From Phycisphaerae bacterium (GTDB lineage Bacteria; Planctomycetota; Phycisphaerae; SM23-33): a stretch of DNA of 64,000 nt. Location of the stretch: assembly GCA_016782885.1 (NCBI GenBank), contig JADHXQ010000009.1, forward strand, positions 276-64,275, written 5' to 3'. This document shows, in pieces, positions 29,639 to 37,534 of this stretch (positions are counted from its first letter, which is position 1; each line of letters opens with the position of its first letter). The notes under the pieces were generated by a model. That model was not told the origin of the DNA. It was given only the letters and a program-made list of their open reading frames with translations, and did not search any database. A program made the position numbers and the translations under genes.

Positions 29639-29640
29639 CA

Positions 29641-29892
29641 TCACGCGCCATCGTACTGCCGCTTAACCGCGTCGGTGATTTCCTGATAGTACTTGATCAA
29701 CTTGAAGGTTTCCGCGGCGGTGAGGTGCCCGCCGGGGGTGTAACTCTGTCTGGATGACAAAGTGATTTGCACCTCATGCAAGAGGACGAGTATCTGGCCT
29801 GCAAACAGGCGCGGCAGTGTCAATGTGATTGTTTCGTCCATGTCGCACATTTTCGAGCCTCGCAGATAAACTGTCCACGGACAATGAGTCAC
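29641..29892 (-). CDS. possible small hypothetical protein
   Basis: 83-aa ORF convergent with the HNH gene, with the two stops 2 nt apart. No RBS or family recognised. Confidence 0.3.
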   Translation of the reverse strand: MTHCPWTVYLRGSKMCDMDETITLTLPRLFAGQILVLLHEVQITLSSRQSYTPGGHLTAAETFKLIKYYQEITDAVKRQYDGA

Positions 29893-30036
29893 ATGGGGTT
29901 TTTATTTGATTTACGTCGGGGGGCGCTGCGCCCCACTTCGCCAAGGCTACGTAGGACAAGCGAGATAGTTGAAATGTAGTAAGTAGTGAGGAGAGCAGAA
30001 CGACCGGTTCCAGACTAGAACCTGGGATCGAGAACC

Positions 30037-30074
30037 TGCCGTTTCTATTTCGGTGTCTTCCGTGTTTTCCGTGG
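30037..30074 (-). repeat. dispersed element core, copy A
   Basis: The reverse complement CCACGGAAAACACGGAAGACACCGAAATAGAAACGGCA is 36/38 identical to 60221..60258 (plus strand). On the minus strand it is preceded by GGCGACGGC + TTTTT. Confidence 0.9.
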
Positions 30075-30109
30075 CAAAAAGCCGTCGCCGTTGTTGTGAC
30101 CAAAACTTT

Positions 30110-30127
30110 GTGATCTCTGTGATCTCT
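30110..30127. repeat. tandem 9-nt word GTGATCTCT x2
   Basis: Perfect doublet followed by GTGG. It lies between two copies of GCCGTCGCC (30081..30089 and 30138..30146), immediately 3' of the cytochrome gene. Confidence 0.9.
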
Positions 30128-30145
30128 GTGGAAAGAAGCCGTCGC

Positions 30146-31153
30146 CTACATGCTTTCTTCAAACGGTTTTGTTTCCGGTTCTTCGTTTGGGTCTACGGGG
30201 TGGCCTTCGCGCCAGATTAATTTTCTGGTTTTTTTGTCCCACATTCTGTCGCGGGTTGGTAGGCGGTGCATGCCGTGGCAGTCTGTGCAGTATTGGCGTT
30301 TGGTTTGGGTTCTCTCGCTGTCGGTCAGGGCGTACCAGGACTTGTGGCTTGTGACTTTTTTCATCTTGGCGGGTTTGTGGCATTTGGCGCACGAGTCGTT
30401 GACCATGTCCTTTGTGAACATGATCGCCGGTGCGGTGGCGTTGTCCTCGTCGTCTGCGTGGGGGAGAGATTCGCCGTGGCAGTCGTAGCAGGCGATATTT
30501 GCGAGTCGGTGCTGCAGGACGAACGGTTCTTTCTTGAAGTTTATGTGGCAGACGTAGCAGAAGGAGTTGTCGGCCTGGTCGTAGAATTTCTTTTCGGGCG
30601 GTTTCGGTTTTTTCGAGTGCAGTGAGAAGTGGCAGGAAACGCAGGCGTACGTGCGGTTATCGGGGAGTTTCAGAGCGGTGGCGTGTACGGCGCCGACGGC
30701 GGGGGTCGACGGTTTTACGGTCAGGTTGTTGTGGCAGTGGGCGCATCGTTTGTTTTCGAGGGTGTCGAGGACCAGTTTTCGTGATTTTTTTTCGTCGAAC
30801 TTGCCGAAGAAATGCGTCCAGGCGTGCGAGGCGCCTTTATGCGTTTTGCTCGCCAGGTGGGGGAATGTGTCTTCTCTGGGCGGAAGGTGGCAGGCGATGC
30901 AGGCGACCTTCACGCCGCTGGGATTGTCGTGGTGCGACGACTTGGACCATCGCTCGTGTACCGGGCTCATTTCGTGGCAGCTTATGCAGGCGTCGGGCTC
31001 GCCGAACGGTTCGGTGGCCTCCAAAGCCAGCAGCGAACAGGCCGCCAGCAGCGAGACCAGGAAGATCGTCATGACGAGCAATCTGCGCACCGGCCGCGAA
31101 CGCGGCGGGGCGTTCGTATATGTTTCCGACTTATCGAATTTAATGTGATCCAT
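30146..31153 (-). CDS. membrane-anchored octaheme c-type cytochrome (NapC/NirT/NrfH-like N-terminal half)
   Basis: Eight CxxCH motifs: CISCH, CIACH, CAHCH, CVSCH, CYVCH, CYDCH, CAKCH, CTDCH. N-terminal TM anchor LLVMTIFLVSLLAACSLLAL. Confidence 0.85.
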   Translation of the reverse strand: MDHIKFDKSETYTNAPPRSRPVRRLLVMTIFLVSLLAACSLLALEATEPFGEPDACISCHEMSPVHERWSKSSHHDNPSGVKVACIACHLPPREDTFPHLASKTHKGASHAWTHFFGKFDEKKSRKLVLDTLENKRCAHCHNNLTVKPSTPAVGAVHATALKLPDNRTYACVSCHFSLHSKKPKPPEKKFYDQADNSFCYVCHINFKKEPFVLQHRLANIACYDCHGESLPHADDEDNATAPAIMFTKDMVNDSCAKCHKPAKMKKVTSHKSWYALTDSERTQTKRQYCTDCHGMHRLPTRDRMWDKKTRKLIWREGHPVDPNEEPETKPFEESM

Positions 31154-31191
31154 CTATGAAACTCCGCCATCAGGCTTGAAGGCCTGACGGC

Positions 31192-31226
31192 ATGGCAGTT
31201 GGCAGATGGCAGTGGGCAGTTGGCGA
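31192..31226. repeat. heptamer array NNGGCAG x5
   Basis: ATGGCAG TTGGCAG ATGGCAG TGGGCAG TTGGCGA, followed by AACGGCC x2 at 31236..31249. Confidence 0.85.
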
Positions 31227-31304
31227 CGGCAAACAAACGGCCAACGGCCAGTGACATCCGCCACGGAAAACGGGTATAGTTTGGCCAATAAGATAACCAA
31301 GTAC

Positions 31305-31344
31305 ACAAAAAGAGGCAACGACTAACAGAAGTCAGCCGTTGCCT
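31305..31344 (-). terminator. rho-independent terminator candidate after the aldo/keto reductase gene
   Basis: On the minus strand: AGGCAACG-N16-CGTTGCCT (8-bp stem) followed by CTTTTTG, about 75 nt after the stop at 31418. Confidence 0.45.
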
Positions 31345-31383
31345 AAAGTCGTAATGTTTTAGTTTTCAGCCGTCAGCTGTAAA

Positions 31384-31418
31384 CCTAGCACCTAGCACCT
31401 AAAACCTAGCACCTGCCT
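31384..31418. repeat. heptamer array CCTAGCA x5 (imperfect)
   Basis: CCTAGCA CCTAGCA CCTAAAA CCTAGCA CCTGCCT. The last unit abuts the TAA stop of the aldo/keto reductase gene. Confidence 0.9.
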
Positions 31419-32533
31419 TAAACGTATTCCCAATTCTTGAGCCACTTGTATTCTGGCGGAAGGTTGGCGAATGTTTCTGCTCCGATGCGTTCGATTTCGG
31501 TGGTTTCTTTGGCGGTCAGGGCTTTGCGGTGTTCCTTGATCGCCAGGGCCATGTTGTCGACCTCTTCTACGCACGCCAAACCGGGTATGGGGGCGGTTAA
31601 GGCGGGGTTGCCCAGGATGTATCGGATGGTCAGTCGCGCGATGGCGGCTTTTGCTTCGGCTTTGGCGCTGGCGGATTTAGTCTTGTCCCTGTCGATCTTC
31701 TTGAACAGCGAGTTGCTGGCGAACGGTTTGATGCCGAAGCTTCCGATATCCTGCTTTCGGATGGCTTCGAAGAGGGAATCCTTGGGCAGTTCCTTTGTCT
31801 GTACGGTGTATGGGAACAGGACGACCTGGTAATGTTTGGGGTACGTTTCCACCAGGTGCTTGAGCCACTTGCGGCTGTGTGAGGATACGCCGGTGAAGCG
31901 GGCCTTTCCCTGCTTCTTTGCGGTCTCGAACGCCTTGATGAATTCGAGCTCGTCGGCCTCTCCGTGCCCCTTGCCGCTGTCAGCCACCAGGCGCCAGACG
32001 TCGACGTATTCGACCTGTGCGAGCTTGAGGCCCTCTTCGAGCGTTTTGAGGAGTTGTGTGGCTGTGCGGTACTTCTTGTTGCGCGGGCATTCGGGCCACA
32101 TCGCGAAGCCCATGTACATTTTGTCGCGGCGCCCTTTGAGTGCAGGCCCGTATACGGAGATCTCGCCCTTGGTGCATGCGTCGACGTAGTTGATGCCCCG
32201 TTCCATGCAGCGGGTCAGGACGTCGTAGCGGTTCTGGCGGAGGACCTTGTTGTCCTCGGCGTTCTTCCCGGGTGCGTAGGAGGGGATGCCCTTCCTTCCG
32301 GTGACCACGTTCACGCGCTTCCAGTGCCCACCGAGGCAGACGGAAGACACCCACAGACCGGTGGCGCCGAGGCGGCGGTAGTCCATGTCGGGGTTGTAGC
32401 TGCGGGTCTTCTTGACGTCGGCGGTGTCGGCGGCGGAGGCTACGAAATTACCTCCAAGCCCGGCGGCGACGGCTCCGGCGGCTACGGCGCTGTTACGGAT
32501 GAATTCTCGTCTGTTGATTCCCTTGTCAGCCAT
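31418..32533 (-). CDS. Tat-signal aldo/keto reductase family oxidoreductase
   Basis: Start set at ATG 32533 (MADKGINRREFIRNSAVAAGAVAAG, a twin-arginine signal). YRRLGATGLWVSSVCLGGH is a typical AKR N-terminus. The upstream 57-aa extension in the ORF track is rejected. Confidence 0.7.
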   Translation of the reverse strand: MADKGINRREFIRNSAVAAGAVAAGLGGNFVASAADTADVKKTRSYNPDMDYRRLGATGLWVSSVCLGGHWKRVNVVTGRKGIPSYAPGKNAEDNKVLRQNRYDVLTRCMERGINYVDACTKGEISVYGPALKGRRDKMYMGFAMWPECPRNKKYRTATQLLKTLEEGLKLAQVEYVDVWRLVADSGKGHGEADELEFIKAFETAKKQGKARFTGVSSHSRKWLKHLVETYPKHYQVVLFPYTVQTKELPKDSLFEAIRKQDIGSFGIKPFASNSLFKKIDRDKTKSASAKAEAKAAIARLTIRYILGNPALTAPIPGLACVEEVDNMALAIKEHRKALTAKETTEIERIGAETFANLPPEYKWLKNWEYV

Positions 32534-32925
32534 GAAAAAACTCCTTGCAGTTCGGTTCTGCGCCAGCGTGTGGCCGTTAATGCGCGAGATAACCCACTTG
32601 ATATTCAACGCTACATAATATGCATAACGCGGGGGGGATGCAAAATATTTCGGCACGGAGATGTGCGGGAGTTTAGCATTTATATTGCATCGAGATCGGG
32701 GCATATATCACCGCCGCGGCGGCATGTCACAATTCACCGGTCTGTGACATAGCGCCCGCCCAGACCGCCCGCCAGACCGGCGCGGATGTTGGGTTATCGT
32801 AAAACTTGTAGAGTCAGGGGTTTGTGGCGAAAGCGGGATTGCGGTCGCCGGCATGACCATCGCCGGAGCCACCCGCCGGGCCCGGCGGGCACTGTGAACC
32901 AAATGTGAACCATCGGCGCGCGAGA

Positions 32926-34425
32926 TCAGGGCAGGAGTTTCGGCGGCGTGCCGGCCAGGAAACTCTTGACAGTGTCCATTGCCTTCTTGCGATCGGAGAT
33001 GTCTGGGTATTTCGGGGCCTCGATCACGCCCTTGGCGGCGATGAGTCTGGCGAGGTGTATTCGTGCGGTCTGGGCGTTGTTGACCGCGTCGCCGAGGATG
33101 CGCATCGACTCCTGCGGCGAGTGAAAGCCCATTGAATTATTGGCGGCGACGTAGTCCCAGCGGAACTGCGCGTGGCGGATCATTTTCCTGACGGGCGCCA
33201 GTTCGGCGTCGGCGACTTTGGCTTCCATTGCCGCCGCGACGTCGAAATGCGCCGCGACGAGAGCGTCTTCGGCCTTTATTCTCGCGTTTGCGACCTTGGT
33301 CTGGATGGTTTCGACGCGTGTCTTGAGTTCGGTTTCGGACCACCGGTGGCAGACGGCGCAGCTGTTCTCGATATTCAGCAGCGGGCTCTGGACGTGGTGG
33401 TCGGTGAACTTCATACCGCCTTCGGAGCGGTATGGCATGTGGCAGTCGGAGCATGATACTTTGCGGTATGCGTGGACGCCCGTGCTGTACATTTCCCAGT
33501 CGGGATGCTGGGACTTGATGACCTCGACCTTCGAGATCGGGTGGATGAAGTCTTTGAAGCCGGCGGTATCGTAGTATTCGATCATCCCCTCGACCGACGT
33601 GCCTTTGCTCCACGGAAAAGTGAGGTAATTCTTCTTCCCGGCCGCCTCATCGGTCTTGAAGTAGTATTCGACGTGACATTGGGCGCAGACCAGCGAGCGC
33701 ATTTCCTGGTGGGTGGCTTTGTCGATATCCCTGCCCATCGCCGCGAAGCCCTCGCGCAGCGCCGGCCGGGTGATCCGCAGTTTCATGGTCTTCGGATCGT
33801 GGCAGTCGAGGCATCCGATGGGGTGTTTCATGTCCTTGTCGAGATCGTGCCAGTTCGACGCGTAGAACTTCGCCGCCCCCAGGCCGATCAGCTTGATCGG
33901 ATCGGTTTCTTCTTTTTCCCCTTCTTTCCTGGTTGCCTTGTCTATTTCCTTTCCGAACTTGCCCATCATGCGCGGCACGTCGGGGCTCTTGCAGGTCCAG
34001 CACGTGCCCGCGTTGAAGGGACGCTTTATGCGTTTGGTCTCTCTTATGTCGTCGAGTGCGAGTGTGTGTCCGCGAGCCTGGAAGAAGTGCTTCGAGAAAC
34101 CGTATTTGGCGAAGAGAATGACTTGGCGCGGATCCTCCTCGAGATAATCTCTCTTAACAGCGCCGCCATACATGGTCCTGGTGTCGTCGAGGCCCATTTT
34201 CTTGTAGGCGTCGTATTCCCTGGGATAATCGGCGCCCCAGACGGCGTTGTCGGACTCGAACTGACCGATATTCTGCGAGACCAATATCGGTTGCTGTGCT
34301 TCCCAGCGGCGTTCGGCGATCGAGGTAGCCAGCAGGCCGATCAGCGCGACGATCGCGGCGACCAGCAGCACGATCACGCCGCCTGCCCAGGCGGGGAGTT
34401 TTTTGGATTTCATTGTGTCAGTCAT
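32926..34425 (-). CDS. nrfA: ammonia-forming cytochrome c nitrite reductase, pentaheme subunit
   Basis: Diagnostic CWTCK (Lys-ligated active-site heme) plus CLDCH, CAQCH, CSDCH and CAVCH. N-terminal anchor or signal sequence. Lies downstream of nrfH. Confidence 0.9.
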   Translation of the reverse strand: MTDTMKSKKLPAWAGGVIVLLVAAIVALIGLLATSIAERRWEAQQPILVSQNIGQFESDNAVWGADYPREYDAYKKMGLDDTRTMYGGAVKRDYLEEDPRQVILFAKYGFSKHFFQARGHTLALDDIRETKRIKRPFNAGTCWTCKSPDVPRMMGKFGKEIDKATRKEGEKEETDPIKLIGLGAAKFYASNWHDLDKDMKHPIGCLDCHDPKTMKLRITRPALREGFAAMGRDIDKATHQEMRSLVCAQCHVEYYFKTDEAAGKKNYLTFPWSKGTSVEGMIEYYDTAGFKDFIHPISKVEVIKSQHPDWEMYSTGVHAYRKVSCSDCHMPYRSEGGMKFTDHHVQSPLLNIENSCAVCHRWSETELKTRVETIQTKVANARIKAEDALVAAHFDVAAAMEAKVADAELAPVRKMIRHAQFRWDYVAANNSMGFHSPQESMRILGDAVNNAQTARIHLARLIAAKGVIEAPKYPDISDRKKAMDTVKSFLAGTPPKLLP

Positions 34426-34444
34426 TGTTTGGTTCCTTATGAAC

Positions 34445-34990
34445 TTAGAGTCCCGCCCGCGGGAGTGTGCTTCTCAGCGGGCGCGGCGAGGCCGACAAAC
34501 CGTGAACCTCGCCGTGAACGTTGGAATGGCAGTCCCAGCACTTGCGTTCAGACGGGGCGGCCAGGCGGATCATCTTGAAATGGTTCGAGTGGCATCGCAG
34601 GCAGTTGGCCTGGACTACGGGTATCGCACCGGCCGACAGGCGCAGCACCTGCGGTTCGGACCGTGCGGTGAAGACGTACGAGTGCTTCAAGCCGTCGGCG
34701 CCTTTGAACGCCAGTTTTGCAATCGGGTTGCTGTGGGGTACGTGGCAATCGGTGCAGACGGCGACTCTACCGTGGCTGCCCCGCTGCCAGGAAGCGTACG
34801 CGTCGGTCATCACGTGACAGTTCATGCACGTTTCGGGGGAGTCCGAGAGATATGATGCGGTATTACCGAGGCGCGCGGTTATGACAGTCGCCCCGATCGC
34901 CAGGCCGACGAAAACACAAATTGCGGCCTGCCACCCGCGCGACAGGCCCGAAAGCGTCAGAACTGATTTTACACCCGATAAAATGTTCAC
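34445..34990 (-). CDS. nrfH: cytochrome c nitrite reductase small subunit, tetraheme quinol dehydrogenase
   Basis: Four CxxCH motifs (CMNCH, CTDCH, CLRCH, CWDCH). N-terminal TM span AAICVFVGLAIGATVI. GTG start. Lies 19 nt upstream of nrfA. Confidence 0.85.
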   Translation of the reverse strand: MNILSGVKSVLTLSGLSRGWQAAICVFVGLAIGATVITARLGNTASYLSDSPETCMNCHVMTDAYASWQRGSHGRVAVCTDCHVPHSNPIAKLAFKGADGLKHSYVFTARSEPQVLRLSAGAIPVVQANCLRCHSNHFKMIRLAAPSERKCWDCHSNVHGEVHGLSASPRPLRSTLPRAGL

Positions 34991-35112
34991 CAGGGGATTC
35001 TACGCGCGGTGGGAACGAATATCAAATCGCGCGACGGAAAAACCTCCGACAACGATGAAACTCTATTCGGAGCAGGTTTGGGTTCGCCCGGGCCAGGCAG
35101 TACAATGAACGC

Positions 35113-36189
35113 ATGTCCGAAAACGGTAAAAAGGTAATCGTCGCGATGAGCGGCGGGGTGGATTCAGCGGTGGCCGCATCTATGTTGATCGAGGCGGGCT
35201 ACGACGTGACCGGCGCGTTTATGTGCCTCGGTCGCTCCGGCGGCGCGGATACCAGTTCGCGGGGATGCTGCTCGCCCGCTGACGCCGCCGATGCGCGCCT
35301 GGTGGCCGATATGCTGGGGATCGACCTGTTCGTGCTGGACCTGGGCGACGCGTTCGCGCCGCTGATCGCCGATTTTGCGGCTGAATACGCCGCCGGCCGA
35401 ACGCCGAATCCGTGTATTCACTGCAATACGCGGATCAAGTTCGGGCGCCTTCTGGACCGTGCCAACTCGCTCGGCGTCGACTACATCGCCACCGGGCATT
35501 ACGCCCGGATCGTCGAATTCGACGGGCGCCCCGCAATCGCCCGCGCCGCTGCCGGGGGCAAGGACCAATCCTACGCCCTGTTCGGAATACCGCGCGAAGT
35601 CCTGGGGCGAATACTCCTGCCCGTAGGCGAGATCGAAGACAAAGCCTCCGTCCGCGACATCGCCCGGAGGCTGGGCCTGGTAGTTCACAACAAGCCCGAC
35701 AGCCAGGAAATATGCTTCGCCCCCGACGATAACTACGTGTCGATACTCGAATCGCTCGCCCCGCAGGCCCTGGCGCCCGGCGACATCGTCGACAGCTCCG
35801 GCGCCGTGCTCGGGCGCCACGAGGGTTACGGGCGATTCACCATAGGCCAGAGGCGCGGTCTGCGAATCGCCGCCGGCGTGCCGATGTACGTCACGAAGAT
35901 CGACCCTGCCACCGCGACGGTGACGATCGGTCCGCGCGACGAAGTCATGTCGCGCCGCCTCAAAGCCTCACGGGCCAATTGGCACCGCGATCCGCCGCAG
36001 GAATTTTCCGCGACGGTTCAGATACGCTACAACCACTCCCCCCGGCGTGCCGAAGTCAGCCTCACTGGCGATGACACTTTCGAGGCCGAATTCCACGAGC
36101 CGGTCAGCGCGATTACCCCGGGCCAGGCGGCGGTTATCTATGACGGCGATCACATGTTGGGCGGCGGATGGATCGACGGCGGGGTCTGA
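35113..36189 (+). CDS. mnmA: tRNA 2-thiouridine(34) synthase
   Basis: PP-loop VAMSGGVDSAV, NPCIHCN, ATGHYAR and a DQSYAL-type motif. Length 358 aa. Confidence 0.9.
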   Translation: MSENGKKVIVAMSGGVDSAVAASMLIEAGYDVTGAFMCLGRSGGADTSSRGCCSPADAADARLVADMLGIDLFVLDLGDAFAPLIADFAAEYAAGRTPNPCIHCNTRIKFGRLLDRANSLGVDYIATGHYARIVEFDGRPAIARAAAGGKDQSYALFGIPREVLGRILLPVGEIEDKASVRDIARRLGLVVHNKPDSQEICFAPDDNYVSILESLAPQALAPGDIVDSSGAVLGRHEGYGRFTIGQRRGLRIAAGVPMYVTKIDPATATVTIGPRDEVMSRRLKASRANWHRDPPQEFSATVQIRYNHSPRRAEVSLTGDDTFEAEFHEPVSAITPGQAAVIYDGDHMLGGGWIDGGV

Positions 36190-36316
36190 CCAACGTGGAC
36201 CGAAATGGGCGGTTGGTTTTCGTCAAAATGAACGAATCTGCGGTTGACACATAGCCGATGATCCAGTAGGCTTGCAATCGTGCAGTTGTGCTGAATAAAT
36301 ACAAGGAGCGGGTATA

Positions 36317-37498
36317 GTGTTTATAAAGCGGAAATTACAGTCTCACCTGTCCCGTTTGGCGGGGCAGTATCCGGTGGTGACGGTTACGGGGCCTCGGCAG
36401 TCGGGCAAGACGACGCTTTGTCGCAAGACATTCCCCGAGATGGCGTATGTCTCTCTGGAGACTCCAGATGTGCGGGCCCTTGCCGAGAATGACCCTCGGG
36501 CGTTCTTTCAGCGTTGGCCTGCCGCTGTTATCGATGAAATCCAGCGCGTCCCGGACCTGCTGAGCTACATTCAGGGAATTGTGGACGAAACAGACCAGCC
36601 GGGGCGGTTCATCCTGACCGGTTCGGCCCAACTGGAATTGATGGAGTCCGTCACGCAATCGCTGGCTGGCAGGACAGCGCTGCTGGAATTGCTTCCGTTC
36701 TCCTACGACGAGATCTACAGCCCCCATGGCGGCGCCGAACCAACCCTCAACGATCTGCTGTATACTGGACTATTTCCGCGAATTCACGACAAGGGGCTGA
36801 ATCCCACTGAGGCCTACGCCTTCTATACCGAAACTTACATCGAGCGCGATGTCCGTTCGATTCTGAACATCAAGGATCGCTCCGGATTCGACACCTTCCT
36901 CCGGTTGGTCGCCGGACAGAGCGGACAACTGCTCAATCGAACTCGATTGGCCAGTGATGTCGGCGTCGCGGTTAACACTATCAGCTCGTGGCTGAGTGTT
37001 CTGGAGACGGGTTTTGTCGTTTCATTTCTGCGCCCTCACCACGCCAATTTTCGAAAACGAATGACCAGGTCTCCCAAGCTTTATTTGGTCGATAGCGGTC
37101 TGATGTGCTATCTGTTGGGCATTACCGAGGCGTCGCAACTGGCCAGCCATCCGTTGCGCGGCGCGATCTTTGAAACGTTTGTGGTTACCGAACTGCAGAA
37201 GCAGGCCTGTAATAGGGCGGCCCGCCCGGCGTTGAATTTCTTTCGAAGCAGCGACGGACATGAGGTGGATGTTCTGAAGGCCCATGGGCAGTCCGTCTGG
37301 CCGATCGAGATCAAGTCCGCCGCGACGATCCGCGACCGCCTCGCCGACGAATTGAAATGGTACGCCAGGCTCAATCCCGACGCCCGAACCGGCACGATCA
37401 TCTACGGCGGCGACGAAAATTTCCCTCGCACCGGATTCGATATCCTGAGCTTCCGGGCAATTGAACAGATGGACGCAGAAGGACGCGGGGACCTGTGA
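36317..37498 (+). CDS. AAA+ ATPase with DUF4143-type C-terminal domain
   Basis: AAGGAG lies 8 nt upstream of GTG 36317. Walker A GPRQSGKTTL. The layout (AAA_14-like N-terminus and an ...EVDV...IEIK C-terminus) matches the widespread DUF4143 ATPases. Confidence 0.75.
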   Translation: MFIKRKLQSHLSRLAGQYPVVTVTGPRQSGKTTLCRKTFPEMAYVSLETPDVRALAENDPRAFFQRWPAAVIDEIQRVPDLLSYIQGIVDETDQPGRFILTGSAQLELMESVTQSLAGRTALLELLPFSYDEIYSPHGGAEPTLNDLLYTGLFPRIHDKGLNPTEAYAFYTETYIERDVRSILNIKDRSGFDTFLRLVAGQSGQLLNRTRLASDVGVAVNTISSWLSVLETGFVVSFLRPHHANFRKRMTRSPKLYLVDSGLMCYLLGITEASQLASHPLRGAIFETFVVTELQKQACNRAARPALNFFRSSDGHEVDVLKAHGQSVWPIEIKSAATIRDRLADELKWYARLNPDARTGTIIYGGDENFPRTGFDILSFRAIEQMDAEGRGDL

Positions 37499-37534
37499 AT
37501 CAGGGTCCAATCGGGTGCCCCCCAATTTGGCCGC

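Noticed and set aside
28681-31418. Possibility that the tandem word arrays are CRISPR arrays.
   Set aside because: The units are 7-14 nt and directly abutting with no unique spacers, there are at most five units, and no cas genes are nearby.
32534-32704. Upstream extension of the aldo/keto reductase ORF.
   Set aside because: The twin-arginine signal starts right after ATG 32533, and the extension has no sensible signal or domain.
32893-32911. Possible second Rex or CRP/FNR-type site (TGTGAACC aaa TGTGAACC) downstream of nrfA.
   Set aside because: The half-sites are direct rather than inverted, and the position is 3' of nrfA. It is counted as a word doublet instead.
34991-35112. FNR/CRP box expected upstream of nrfH.
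   Set aside because: Only an isolated ATCAA half-site is present, with no TTGAT-N4-ATCAA palindrome.
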